The translations under genes were made by a program, and so were the position numbers. A model generated the notes under the pieces. It was not told where the DNA came from, made no database searches, and saw only the letters and a list, made by a program, of their open reading frames with translations. From an uncultured Pelagibacteraceae bacterium (GTDB lineage: Bacteria > Pseudomonadota > Alphaproteobacteria > Pelagibacterales > Pelagibacteraceae), in assembly GCA_902519625.1 (NCBI GenBank), contig CABYKS010000001.1, positions 281 to 64,280 of the forward strand: a stretch of DNA of 64,000 bases, read 5' to 3'. This document shows, piece by piece, positions 19,719 through 30,049 of the stretch. Numbering within the stretch: position 1 is the stretch's first letter; each line of letters starts with the position of its first letter.

Positions 19719-20744
19719 ATGAAATTTCTTAAAAAAATCTTTCTTTCGATTGCATTTATTGCTGTAACTTCGATTGGCACAACAACTGCTAATGCTGCTT
19801 GCAAAGTGCATTTGGGAGATTTCGACTGGGATAGTGCAAACGTTCACACAGCAATTGTTGGTTATATTCTTGAACACGGATATGGCTGTCAAGTTGAAGT
19901 AACGAAAGGTAGTACTAGTCCAATTATGGCTGCACATTATGATCAACAACTTGATATTATCACTGAAGTTTGGAGAGATAATATTGTTCAAATGCATGAA
20001 GAAGCTGTAGCAGCAGGTAAAATTATTGAGTTAGGGATTAACACTCCTTCATCTACTCAAGGTTTCTATGTGGATAAACCAACTGCAGACAAGTATGGTT
20101 TAAAATCTGTTGAGGATATGAAGAATCCAGATATCGCAAAATTATTTGCTGATCCTGAAGCACCAGGAAAAGGTAGAATGACAAGCTGTATATCAGGATG
20201 GACTTGTTACACTATTAACCTAGTTAAGCACAAAGTTTATGGTTTGGATGAATACTATACAAACTTTGACCCAGGTTCAGGTGGAGCTTTAGATGCTGCA
20301 ATTGCTGGAGCATTTAAAAAAGGTAAACCAGTATTTTCTTACTACTGGACACCAACTGGTTTAATGGGAAAAGTTGACTTAGTGCAACTTGAAGAGCCTG
20401 CTTATGATAATGCATGTTGGACTAAAATGATGGCAGTTGTAGAAAAAATTAAAGCTGATGGGCCTGACGCATACACAGATACATGTGCAAGCGCTTATGT
20501 TAATATGGCTTTAACAAAATCTGCATCAACAACATTTGCAAATAAAAAATCTAACAAAAAAATTATAGACTTTGTTAGAGCTTATTCTGTACCAACGCCA
20601 GATGTAAACAGATCACTTGCATTCTATATGGATGAATCAGGTGGAGATATGGAAGCAACAGCTAAACATTTCTTATCAAACACTGGTATGTGGACAAAAT
20701 GGGTACCAGCTGATGTTGCTGCGAAAGTTAAAGATACTCTTTAA
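19719..20744 (+). CDS. proX: Glycine betaine/proline-type (ProX/HisX-like) ABC substrate-binding protein
   Basis: Signal peptide, DWDSA, GYGC, C..GW.C and YYWTPT; GGAGGG RBS. Confidence 0.75.
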   Translation: MKFLKKIFLSIAFIAVTSIGTTTANAACKVHLGDFDWDSANVHTAIVGYILEHGYGCQVEVTKGSTSPIMAAHYDQQLDIITEVWRDNIVQMHEEAVAAGKIIELGINTPSSTQGFYVDKPTADKYGLKSVEDMKNPDIAKLFADPEAPGKGRMTSCISGWTCYTINLVKHKVYGLDEYYTNFDPGSGGALDAAIAGAFKKGKPVFSYYWTPTGLMGKVDLVQLEEPAYDNACWTKMMAVVEKIKADGPDAYTDTCASAYVNMALTKSASTTFANKKSNKKIIDFVRAYSVPTPDVNRSLAFYMDESGGDMEATAKHFLSNTGMWTKWVPADVAAKVKDTL

Positions 20745-20765
20745 TTTTTAAAATAAATATTAATT

Positions 20766-20793
20766 CTAAGAGCCCGAAAGGGCTCTTAGTTTT
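20766..20793 (+). terminator. Intercistronic hairpin downstream of proX
   Basis: CTAAGAGCCC-GAAA-GGGCTCTTAG, a perfect 10-bp stem with a GNRA loop, followed by a short T-tract. Confidence 0.8.
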
Positions 20794-20807
20794 TAGAGAA
20801 AGAATAA

Positions 20808-21824
20808 ATGGGAAAATATAAAAAACATATTTTATATTCGCTATATTTAGCAGCTTTTTGTGCAATGGTTTATGTTGCGTATACAAGCTCAAAATATAGA
20901 CCAGAAAGTGTTTCAATTTTATTTACAGATCTGTCTTGGCTGGGTAACTGGCCTAAATGGCTAGATCTTCCATTGATGCCTTATTTAAACGAAGGTTTTG
21001 ATAAACTTATTAGAGAATATGGAATGTTTTTTGAAGGAATTAATAATTTCTTACTAGGTCTTTATACAGATATGAAAAATTTTATGGTTGGGTTACCTTG
21101 GCCATTACTAATGATTTCAGTAATTGCTCTTGCATATTTTGCTAGTGGAAGAAATATGGGGACTACAATTATGGTTGCATTCTGTGTTTTTTTTCTAGGA
21201 TTCTTAAGCCCTAGGTATTGGGACAAATGTATTATGACGACTTGCATAGTTGTTATTGGGATGTTGCTCTGCTTGGTCATTGGTATTCCTGTTGGAATAA
21301 TGATGGCAAGAAATAAAAAAGTAAGAAATGCCATATTGCCAATACTTGATTTAATGCAAACTATTCCAAGTTTTTGCTATTTAATTCCAGGAATTTTGTT
21401 GTTTGGTTTAGGTGCAGTTCCAGCTATTTTTGCAATATTTGTATATGCCGTTCCTCCTTTAATAAGATTAACTGATCTTGGAATTAGATTGGTTGATACA
21501 GAAGTTGTAGAAGCAGCGGAGGCTTTTGGAGCAAGTAAAAAACAAAAGCTATGGGGAGTACAATTACCTTTAGCCCTTCCAAATATAATGCAAGGAATTA
21601 ACCAATGCACAATGATGGCATTAGCAATGGTAGTTATTGCTTCTATGATAGGAACTAGAGGAATTGGAGATGAAGTTTTATTAGGACTGCAACAATTAAA
21701 TGTAGGTATGGCTACTGAAGCAGGTATTGCAATTGTTTTACTAGCTATTATATTCGATCGAATTACACAATCTTACGGAGAGAAAATTCAAGAAAGAACC
21801 AAAACAAAAAAAATAAAGTTATAA
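20808..21824 (+). CDS. proW: Betaine/proline ABC permease
   Basis: LDLMQTIPSFCYLIP, PPLIRLTDLGI and VQLPLA. Confidence 0.85.
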   Translation: MGKYKKHILYSLYLAAFCAMVYVAYTSSKYRPESVSILFTDLSWLGNWPKWLDLPLMPYLNEGFDKLIREYGMFFEGINNFLLGLYTDMKNFMVGLPWPLLMISVIALAYFASGRNMGTTIMVAFCVFFLGFLSPRYWDKCIMTTCIVVIGMLLCLVIGIPVGIMMARNKKVRNAILPILDLMQTIPSFCYLIPGILLFGLGAVPAIFAIFVYAVPPLIRLTDLGIRLVDTEVVEAAEAFGASKKQKLWGVQLPLALPNIMQGINQCTMMALAMVVIASMIGTRGIGDEVLLGLQQLNVGMATEAGIAIVLLAIIFDRITQSYGEKIQERTKTKKIKL

Positions 21825-21828
21825 AAAT

Positions 21829-22881
21829 ATGAGCAAAATTGAAATTAAAAACGTTTACAAAATTTTTGGAGACCAACCTTCCAAAGTTCTTCCTATGGTT
21901 CAAGATGGAGCTACAAAAGAAGAGATATTAGAAAAAACTGGTCATACTGTTGGATTGGATAACGTTTCTTTAAATATTGAAGAAGGTGAAACTTTTGTAT
22001 GTATGGGTTTATCTGGCTCAGGTAAATCTACTCTGATTAGACATATTAATAGATTAATAGATCCAACTTCAGGAGTAGTTTCTGTTGAAGGTACAAATGT
22101 TATGGACTTAGATCCAAAAGGATTGATTGAATTTAGAAGACATAAAATGAGTATGGTGTTCCAAAGATTTGGTTTATTCCCACATAAAACAGTATTGGAA
22201 AATGTTGGATATGGACTTGAAGTTCAAGGGCAGAAACCAGAAGAAAGAAACAAAACTGCAATGGAAAAAATAGAAGCGGTCGGTTTAACTGGTTTTGAGC
22301 ATCAATACCCTAACCAGTTATCTGGTGGTATGCAACAAAGAGTAGGTTTAGCAAGAGCGCTTGCAACCAATACAGATATAATGTTAATGGATGAAGCGTT
22401 TTCTGCTTTAGATCCTTTAATTAGAAGTGATATGCAAAAACAGTTAATAGATTTACAAAGTGAATTAAAAAAAACAATAGTATTTATAACTCATGATTTA
22501 GATGAATCATTAAGGTTAGGGGATCATATAGGTATATTAAATGGAGGAAGGCTTGTACAAGTAGGAACTCCAATAGATATTATTATGAAACCTGCTGATG
22601 ATTATGTTGAGGCTTTTGTTAAAGATGTAAATAGAGCAAAAGTAATAAAAGCTAAGATTATTATGACACCTGTAAATTCATCTAACGATATTGATAAATC
22701 AAATCTTATAAAAGTTCTGGAAGACCAATTTTTAGATGAGTTTTTACCAAAAGTTGTCTGCTCAAATTCAAATTGTGAAGTTGTTGATAAGAGTGGCAAT
22801 GTAAAGGGATACTTAACTCAAAAAGAACTTTCAAAAGCCTTAACAAAAGAACATATGGCTGATGCCGCTAAGTCTAATTAA
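21829..22881 (+). CDS. proV: Betaine/proline ABC ATP-binding protein
   Basis: MGLSGSGKS, LSGGMQQRVGLARAL and MDEAFSALDPLIR. Confidence 0.88.
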   Translation: MSKIEIKNVYKIFGDQPSKVLPMVQDGATKEEILEKTGHTVGLDNVSLNIEEGETFVCMGLSGSGKSTLIRHINRLIDPTSGVVSVEGTNVMDLDPKGLIEFRRHKMSMVFQRFGLFPHKTVLENVGYGLEVQGQKPEERNKTAMEKIEAVGLTGFEHQYPNQLSGGMQQRVGLARALATNTDIMLMDEAFSALDPLIRSDMQKQLIDLQSELKKTIVFITHDLDESLRLGDHIGILNGGRLVQVGTPIDIIMKPADDYVEAFVKDVNRAKVIKAKIIMTPVNSSNDIDKSNLIKVLEDQFLDEFLPKVVCSNSNCEVVDKSGNVKGYLTQKELSKALTKEHMADAAKSN

Positions 22882-23647
22882 CAAAAAAATCATTATTTCA
22901 GGTGGAGCTTCAGGGATTGGATGGTCGACTGCAAAGATTTGTCTTTCAAGAGGTGCTATTGTTTATATTTGTGATATCGATAGCAAATCTTTAAAAAAAG
23001 CAAAAAAACATCCGCTAAATAAAAAAAAATTATTTACATATGAATGTGATGCTTCTGATGAGTATGAGGTTTCAAATTTTTTCATCAAGATTAAAAAAAA
23101 AACCAAAAAAATTGATGCTTTAATTAATAATGTAGGAATTGCAGGCCCAACTGGAAATATAGAAAAGTTAAGCTCTGATGACTGGGAACAAACATTAAAA
23201 ACAAATGTTATAAGTCATTTTTACTTTACAAAACTCGCAATACCAATGCTTAAAAATAACAAAGGTGGTTCTATAATAAATATTTCTTCAACTGCAGGAA
23301 TAATGGGTTTTGCGTTACGATCTCCGTATGCTGCAAGCAAGTGGGCAATCATAGGGGTAACAAAAACCTTAGCGATAGAATTGGGTAAGTTTAAAATAAG
23401 AGTAAATGCTGTTTGTCCAGGTACGATTAAAGGAGATAGAATGGACAGAGTAATAAAAGATAAAGCAAAATTTCTTAAAGTTTCAAAAAAAATAATTGAA
23501 AAAGATTTTTTATCTATGGCTTCAATTAATTCTTGGATTTCTCAAGAAGATATAGGAAACATGTGTTCATTTTTAATTTCAAATGATAGTGAAAAAATAT
23601 CTGGTCAAATCTTTCCTGTAGATGGAAATACTATAAGAGTAGACTAA
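22862..23647 (+). CDS. Short-chain dehydrogenase/reductase
   Basis: SGGASGIG, NNVGI and YAASK; overlaps the end of proV. Confidence 0.88.
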   Translation: MPLSLINKKIIISGGASGIGWSTAKICLSRGAIVYICDIDSKSLKKAKKHPLNKKKLFTYECDASDEYEVSNFFIKIKKKTKKIDALINNVGIAGPTGNIEKLSSDDWEQTLKTNVISHFYFTKLAIPMLKNNKGGSIINISSTAGIMGFALRSPYAASKWAIIGVTKTLAIELGKFKIRVNAVCPGTIKGDRMDRVIKDKAKFLKVSKKIIEKDFLSMASINSWISQEDIGNMCSFLISNDSEKISGQIFPVDGNTIRVD

Positions 23648-23658
23648 ATAATCTTTAT

Positions 23659-24051
23659 TTATTTGTAAATTTTATCAACCTCAACACCATATGCTTCTAC
23701 AAGTTTATTATTCTGGTTCGCTACACCCATGACATCAATCATTTCTTTGATCATCTCTTCTGTTGCACCTTTTTTCTTTGCAGCAGCTGTATGAGATTTA
23801 GTACAATACTCACAACTATTTGTCATTGAAACTGCAACATAAATTAATTCTTTCGTTACAGCATCTAATGCACCAGGTCTCATAACTTGTGAAGTTGATT
23901 TCCAAGTTCTTTCTAAAGTTTCTGGACTATTTGCAATATATTTCCAAAAATTTGGAATTTCCGTAATTTTTCTTGTGCTTTTTATCTCGTCAAAAACTTC
24001 TTTAACTTTTCCACTAGCTTCATTTTCTGAGATTGGTTTGAACATTGGCAT
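23659..24051 (-). CDS. Carboxymuconolactone decarboxylase / AhpD-like protein
   Basis: KELIYVAVSMTNSCEYCTKSH (CxxC..H). Confidence 0.85.
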   Translation of the reverse strand: MPMFKPISENEASGKVKEVFDEIKSTRKITEIPNFWKYIANSPETLERTWKSTSQVMRPGALDAVTKELIYVAVSMTNSCEYCTKSHTAAAKKKGATEEMIKEMIDVMGVANQNNKLVEAYGVEVDKIYK

Positions 24052-24060
24052 TTTTCCTCC

Positions 24061-25743
24061 TTAATTGTAAATTGATTCTATTTTTGGCATTAACGTGAGT
24101 AGTTCTTTTGTATAATCATGTGATGGGTTTTTAAATAACTCTTCAGTTTTTGATATCTCACAAAGTTTTCCATTTTTTAAAACAGCTATTCTATCACACA
24201 TTTGTCTTACAACAGGTAAATCGTGACTAATAAATAATATTGTCAAATTTAATTGCTCTTGTAAATCTTTCAGTAAGTTTAATATTTGTGCTTGTATACT
24301 TACATCTAAAGCTGAAGTTGGCTCATCACAAACAAGAAGTCTAGGTTGAGTGGCTAGAGCTCTTGCTATTGATATTCTTTGTCTTTGACCTCCTGAAAAT
24401 TCATGAGGATATCTTTCAGCTGATTGTTGAGTTAGCTCTACTGACTCTAATAAATCATGAATATAACTATCTATTTCTCTAGAGCTTATTGAAGGATTGT
24501 GAAGTTTAATAGGTTCTGAAACTATATCTTTAACTTTCAATCTTCCATTTAAAGATGAATAAGGATCTTGAAATATCATTTGAATTTGTTTTCTAAATTT
24601 CATCATTTCTTTATTACTTTTAATTTTTGTTATGCAAACATTATCAAAATCAATATCTCCTGCACTTGGGCTATATAAATTTACTATCATTTTTGCAATT
24701 GTTGATTTACCACTTCCACTTTCACCAACTAATCCGAACGACTCTCCTTCTTTAATATTAAATGATACATTTTCAACAGCCATTACAGAGTTTTTAGTAC
24801 TTTCTGTAAAAAAATTATCATCAAATGTTTTACTTAAATTTTTAACCTTAACTAAATCCTGATCAATAATTTCTTTTTTTGTCCATCTATTTAAAATTTT
24901 AATATTGGTTTCGCCTTGAGTTTTGTTTTCCTTTTCAATAATTTTAAATCTATCTATTTTTTTATTTGTAGGAGGAACAGAACTTACAAGTGCTTTTGTA
25001 TAAATCTCTTTAGGTTTAGTTAATATTTCTTTAGTTGGTCCAATTTCAACTAGATCTCCATTTTTCATTACAGCTACTCTGCTTGTTGTTTCAGAGATAA
25101 CACCCATATCGTGGGTTATTAATATAACCGCTAAATTTCTCTCTTTGGTTAATCTTTTAATTAAATCTAAAATTTGAGATTGTATTGAAACATCCAGTGC
25201 TGTTGTAGGTTCATCAGCTATAAGGAGTTCAGGTTCACAACATAGAGCTAGTGAAATAACCACTCTTTGTCTCATTCCTCCAGAAAATTGATGGGGATAG
25301 TTATTAAATCTAGTTTCGGCATCTTTTATTCCAACTTCCTTTAACAAGTTAATAGCTTTATTTTTTGCTTCTTCTGTATTTAATTTCAAATGTGTTTGGA
25401 TTGTTTCAATTAATTGTTCGCCTATTGTAAGTATAGGATTTAAAGAAGTTTGAGGATCTTGAAAAATAAGACCTATTTTTTTTCCTCTTAATTTAAGAAT
25501 ATTCTCTGGATTTTCATAAACGTCAGTTCCATCTAATATTATTGATCCACCAGATACTTTTCCTGGTTCATCTATAAGATTAATTATTGCATTACCAACT
25601 GTACTTTTTCCTGATCCAGACTCTCCAACCAAGCCTAGTATTTCACCTTTTTCAACATTTATATTAACTTTTTTTGCTGCATAAACTGTTTCTCTTCGCA
25701 TTTCATAATTAACACTTAGATTATTTATTTTTAAAAATGTCAT
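24061..25743 (-). CDS. Dipeptide/oligopeptide ABC ATPase (fused DppD-DppF)
   Basis: Two GESGSGKS motifs; YPHQFSGGMRQR and YPHEFSGGQRQR. Confidence 0.9.
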   Translation of the reverse strand: MTFLKINNLSVNYEMRRETVYAAKKVNINVEKGEILGLVGESGSGKSTVGNAIINLIDEPGKVSGGSIILDGTDVYENPENILKLRGKKIGLIFQDPQTSLNPILTIGEQLIETIQTHLKLNTEEAKNKAINLLKEVGIKDAETRFNNYPHQFSGGMRQRVVISLALCCEPELLIADEPTTALDVSIQSQILDLIKRLTKERNLAVILITHDMGVISETTSRVAVMKNGDLVEIGPTKEILTKPKEIYTKALVSSVPPTNKKIDRFKIIEKENKTQGETNIKILNRWTKKEIIDQDLVKVKNLSKTFDDNFFTESTKNSVMAVENVSFNIKEGESFGLVGESGSGKSTIAKMIVNLYSPSAGDIDFDNVCITKIKSNKEMMKFRKQIQMIFQDPYSSLNGRLKVKDIVSEPIKLHNPSISSREIDSYIHDLLESVELTQQSAERYPHEFSGGQRQRISIARALATQPRLLVCDEPTSALDVSIQAQILNLLKDLQEQLNLTILFISHDLPVVRQMCDRIAVLKNGKLCEISKTEELFKNPSHDYTKELLTLMPKIESIYN

Positions 25744-26669
25744 TAGTTTAATTTTGGATTAAGAGTGTCTCTCATCCAATCTCCTAATAGGTTAATTGAA
25801 AATGCTAATATTACTAAAAATATTGCTGGAAAAAATGTAATCCACCATTCACCAGAAAATAAAAAATCATTACCTAATCTAATTAATGTTCCTAATGAAG
25901 GTGTTGTAGGAGGAACGCCTACTCCTAAAAAACTTAAAGTTGCTTCAGCTATTATTGCAAGTGCAAGTCCTATTGTTCCAATTACTAGAATTGGTCTCAT
26001 TATATTCGGCAAAATATGTTTAAACATAATAATTATATTTGAAACACCAATAATTGTTGAAGCAGAAACATAATCTTTATTTTTTTCTACCAAAGTCGCA
26101 GCTCTTGAAACTCTTGCAAACTGAGGCCATTCGGAAATTCCGATTGCAAAAATTAAAACATAGATTGCCATTTCATCGTGTAATTCTCTTGAAATAATTC
26201 CACGAGCAATTCCGTCAACCAAGAGTGCCATTAAAATACTTGGTACTGTTAACTGCACATCTGTTAATCTCATAACAATCATTTCATATTTTCCACCAAA
26301 ATATCCTGCACTTAGTCCTAAACCTACTCCTAAAACTAAAGCAAATATAACTGCTGAAAAACCTACAATTAAAGAAATTCGTGATCCATAAAGAATTGTC
26401 GCTAACATATCTCTACCTTGACCGTCAGTACCTAAAATAAATTTAGCAAGACCTTCCTCGGTCCACGAAGGTGGTGTAAATGCATCCATTAAAGATAATG
26501 ATGATGGATCAAATGGATTATATGGTGTTACCAATTCAACAAAAAAAGAACAAAAGAAAATTATAATTAATATTAAAGTAGAAAGTACAGCGGTAGGTGA
26601 TTTTATAAAACTGAAATAAATATCACTATCTTTAATTCTATTAAATAATGTTAAATTTTTATTATCCAC
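25743..26669 (-). CDS. dppC: Peptide ABC permease DppC
   Basis: LGTDGQGRD and EATLSFLGVG. Confidence 0.85.
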   Translation of the reverse strand: MDNKNLTLFNRIKDSDIYFSFIKSPTAVLSTLILIIIFFCSFFVELVTPYNPFDPSSLSLMDAFTPPSWTEEGLAKFILGTDGQGRDMLATILYGSRISLIVGFSAVIFALVLGVGLGLSAGYFGGKYEMIVMRLTDVQLTVPSILMALLVDGIARGIISRELHDEMAIYVLIFAIGISEWPQFARVSRAATLVEKNKDYVSASTIIGVSNIIIMFKHILPNIMRPILVIGTIGLALAIIAEATLSFLGVGVPPTTPSLGTLIRLGNDFLFSGEWWITFFPAIFLVILAFSINLLGDWMRDTLNPKLN

Positions 26670-27645
26670 TTACTGCCTCCGCTTTAACTCTAATTCTTGG
26701 GTCAATGAAGTAATATAAAATATCTACAATGAAATTTATCATAACAAAAACAAATGCTATAAAAACTAAGTAAGCAGACATGATTGGTATATCTACGAAT
26801 TGAACAGCTTGGATGAATAAAAATCCCATACCTGGCCATTGAAAAACAGTTTCTGTAATTATTGAAAATGCAATTAAGGTTCCAATATTTATTCCAGCAA
26901 TTGTTATTACAGGTATTAATCCATTTTTTAAAGCATGTTTATAATGAATACTTTTTTCACTTATTCCTCTTGCTCTTGCAAATTTAATATAATCTGTTTG
27001 CAATATTTCCATCATTTCTGCTCGAACAAGTCGAATGATGTAAGTCATTTGAAAAAGGCTTAGAGTTACTGAAGGAAGAATTATTGCCTTTAAGCCAGAT
27101 AATGTTAAAAAACCTGTAGTCCAATAGCCAAGACTAACAACCTCTCCTCTACCAAAAGATGGTAATATTCCTAAAATTACTGCAAAAAGATAAATAAATA
27201 ATATACCTATTACAAATGTGGGGAGTGAGACGCCCAACAAAGAAATAGCTAATATTAAATCGCTCAAAAAACCTTTCCTGTTTATGCCCGTATAAACCCC
27301 CAATAAAGTTCCAGATACAAGTGCAATTAATGCAGAAATCAAAACAAGCTCAATTGTTGCTGGTAGTCTTTCAGAAATTAATTCAGAAACTGGTCTCTTT
27401 AATTGATATGATATGCCAAAATTTCCTTTAGCAGCGTTTCCTACAAATCTTGTGAATTGAACATATATAGGATCTGTTAATCCTAAAGTTTCTCTAAGTT
27501 CTGCTCTTTCTTCGTCTGATGTTTCTTCCCCAACCATATTATTGATTGGATCTCCTACAAAATTAAATAGTGAAAAAGAAACAAAGGCAACGACAAGCAT
27601 CACCATTGCTGATTGTATCAGACGCTTAAAAAAATATTTAATCAA
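26662..27645 (-). CDS. dppB: Peptide ABC permease DppB
   Basis: RLPATIEL, DYIKFARARG and TETVFQWPG. Confidence 0.85.
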   Translation of the reverse strand: MIKYFFKRLIQSAMVMLVVAFVSFSLFNFVGDPINNMVGEETSDEERAELRETLGLTDPIYVQFTRFVGNAAKGNFGISYQLKRPVSELISERLPATIELVLISALIALVSGTLLGVYTGINRKGFLSDLILAISLLGVSLPTFVIGILFIYLFAVILGILPSFGRGEVVSLGYWTTGFLTLSGLKAIILPSVTLSLFQMTYIIRLVRAEMMEILQTDYIKFARARGISEKSIHYKHALKNGLIPVITIAGINIGTLIAFSIITETVFQWPGMGFLFIQAVQFVDIPIMSAYLVFIAFVFVMINFIVDILYYFIDPRIRVKAEAVSG

Positions 27646-27661
27646 CTTATGAAAATTTTAC

Positions 27662-27693
27662 TTACAAGCCCTTTTTTATAAAAGGGCTTGTAA
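27662..27693. terminator. Intercistronic hairpin downstream of dppA
   Basis: TTACAAGCCCTTTT...AAAAGGGCTTGTAA, a perfect 14-bp inverted repeat. Confidence 0.8.
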
Positions 27694-27702
27694 AAGATTA
27701 AT

Positions 27703-29262
27703 TTATCTTACGTTAGAAAAACGGAATAATGGTTCATTATTCGGTCTTATAGGAACATCAACGCTTCTTTTTGATGCCCAAGAAATTACTTGGTGGTGTA
27801 AAGGTAGATAAGCAATGTTATCTTTTACAATTTTCCAAGCATTTGCTATTGCAGCATTTCTTTTCTCTAGGTTAACCTCACCTTCCATTACTCTTATTGC
27901 AGCATCAACTTCAGCATCGCTAAAGTTAACTTTGTTCCAGCTTGCGCCAGATTCATATAAGTAATGAAACACATAGTGACTGTCTAAAGTAGGAACACCC
28001 CAACCTAGCATATAAAAGTCTCCTTGATTGTCTTTAAGTTCCTTAAAGTGTTTGCTTTTAGTTTGAGCAAATAAACTTACATTAACACCAATTTTCCCTA
28101 ACATTCCAACAACAGCTGTGCAAATTGCTTCGTCGTTTACATATCTATCATTAGGACATCTTAGTTCTACTTCAAAACCATCAGGATAACCCGCATCAGC
28201 TAATAACTGTTTTGCAGCATCAACATCATAAGGTAATCTTTCATCAAGTTCTTTAGTGTATCCAGTAACTCCTGGGAAAGTAATTATTCCTGCAGGCTCA
28301 CTTAAACCTCTCATAACTTTTTTCTTAATCGCCTCTATATCAATTGCTTGATAAAGTGCTTGTCTAACCTCTTTTTTCTTAAATGGGTTATCACCAGTAT
28401 TACCAGTTCTAAGTTGGTCTGCTGCTTGGTCCATTCCTAAAAAGATTGTACGCATCTGTGGAGTACTTTGAACTTTATGAGCACCCGATGCTCTAATACG
28501 ATCTAAGTCTTGAACTGGAGCATCTGTTACAACATCTAACTCTCCAGATAATAGTGCAGCAACTCTAGTTGCAGCATTTTTAATTGGAAGTAAGTGTATC
28601 TCAGTTATATTGTGTTCAACTTCGCCCCACCATTTACTATTCTTTTTAAAAACAGTTTTTGTATTAGGCTCTCTTAAAGTAATTTTAAATGGTCCCGTCC
28701 CCATTGAATTGGTTGCAGAGAATGTTTCTTGTCCTGCATCCCAATTTTGTGGAGCCATTGCAAAATTTTCTTCGCACCATTTTTTAGACATTACGAATAT
28801 ATTTGACAATTGGTTCAAAAGAATTGGATTTGGTTCTCTTGTTTGAATTTCAACTGTATAAGCGTCTGTCGCTTTTACTGATGTAATAGTGCTTATATAT
28901 TCTTTAAAGTCTGATGTACGTTGTTGAGCTCTCAAGATACTAAATACAACATCTTCAGATGTCATAGGTGTTCCGTCGCTAAACTTTACATCTTTCCTAA
29001 GATTAAATTTCCAAGTCTTAGGTGTTGTAGCCTCCCAGCTTGTTGCTAGTTGTGGTCCAATAGACATATCTAAACCTCTAGTAACTAAAGCTTCATAGAT
29101 CTGTCTTGATACCATTGTTGTTGGTCCTTCGTTTTGAGCATGCGGATCAAGTGTTAAACTATCTCCTTGCATTGACCATTTAATTGTATTTGCAAATGTT
29201 TGTGTAGATGAAAAAACAAATAAAATAGCCATCAAAAATTTGACCAAATTTTTAGATTTCAT
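27703..29262 (-). CDS. dppA: Family 5 (DppA/OppA) ABC substrate-binding protein
   Basis: Signal peptide, TLDPH, GTGPF and CPNDRYVNDE. Confidence 0.85.
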   Translation of the reverse strand: MKSKNLVKFLMAILFVFSSTQTFANTIKWSMQGDSLTLDPHAQNEGPTTMVSRQIYEALVTRGLDMSIGPQLATSWEATTPKTWKFNLRKDVKFSDGTPMTSEDVVFSILRAQQRTSDFKEYISTITSVKATDAYTVEIQTREPNPILLNQLSNIFVMSKKWCEENFAMAPQNWDAGQETFSATNSMGTGPFKITLREPNTKTVFKKNSKWWGEVEHNITEIHLLPIKNAATRVAALLSGELDVVTDAPVQDLDRIRASGAHKVQSTPQMRTIFLGMDQAADQLRTGNTGDNPFKKKEVRQALYQAIDIEAIKKKVMRGLSEPAGIITFPGVTGYTKELDERLPYDVDAAKQLLADAGYPDGFEVELRCPNDRYVNDEAICTAVVGMLGKIGVNVSLFAQTKSKHFKELKDNQGDFYMLGWGVPTLDSHYVFHYLYESGASWNKVNFSDAEVDAAIRVMEGEVNLEKRNAAIANAWKIVKDNIAYLPLHHQVISWASKRSVDVPIRPNNEPLFRFSNVR

Positions 29263-29323
29263 TTCCCCTCCTAATTATTAAATATAAAAATCTAGCTTAA
29301 TAATCAGGGAAACTAAAGAAGAA

Positions 29324-30046
29324 TTATTGCACTAATTTTTTGAAATTTTCGTACAATATTTTAGAATATTCGTTCATACTGGACATATGAGTTTGGGAGT
29401 CCTTATCAAATTTATCTAGCGCCCCTTCTCCAAGCTGTTTTTCTAAAGCAGATTTATATTCAGGAACACACCCCCATTCGCTAACTGTGGTTTTTTTAAT
29501 TTCTATATGAAATTGAATTCCATAAGCATAATTTTTATATTTAAAGATTTGATATTTTGTTTCTGGAGATGAAGCAATTAAAGTTATATCTTTATTTTTT
29601 TCTAATTCTTGAACTTCGTAAGAGTGCCACTGAAGTGATTTAATTTTTTCTGGAAATTTGGAAAATAATAAGTCATTTTTTTTATTTTCTGAAAAATTTA
29701 TATCCAGCATTCCAATTTCAGGGTTTTTAGATTTTACAACTTTACCTCCTGTGACTTCTCCTAACAATTGACATCCTAAACAAAATCCTAGGTAAGGTTT
29801 TTTTAAAAAAACAACAAATTCATTAATTGCTTTTTTTTCTTCAATTAACCATGGATAATCTTTTTCCATCCAGGTATCCATTGGACCGCCCATACAAAAC
29901 ATTGCATCAAACTTTGATAAATCAGATGGTATTTTTTGACCTTCATCTAACTCGATAGTAGTTAATTCAGCACCATCATTAATCATTAAATCTTTAATGT
30001 ATCCAGGATCTTCTATGCTTATATGTTGTAAAATAATTACTTTCAT
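29324..30046 (-). CDS. Class I glutamine amidotransferase (gamma-glutamyl hydrolase-like)
   Basis: MGGPMD, catalytic GFCLGCQL and QFHIE (His/Glu). Confidence 0.85.
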   Translation of the reverse strand: MKVIILQHISIEDPGYIKDLMINDGAELTTIELDEGQKIPSDLSKFDAMFCMGGPMDTWMEKDYPWLIEEKKAINEFVVFLKKPYLGFCLGCQLLGEVTGGKVVKSKNPEIGMLDINFSENKKNDLLFSKFPEKIKSLQWHSYEVQELEKNKDITLIASSPETKYQIFKYKNYAYGIQFHIEIKKTTVSEWGCVPEYKSALEKQLGEGALDKFDKDSQTHMSSMNEYSKILYENFKKLVQ

Positions 30047-30049
30047 TTT

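Noticed and set aside
19719-20744. TmoX (TMAO-binding protein)
   Set aside because: Lacks the TmoX N-terminal HNWSSQ-type motif as I recall it, and no tdm/tmm genes are nearby.
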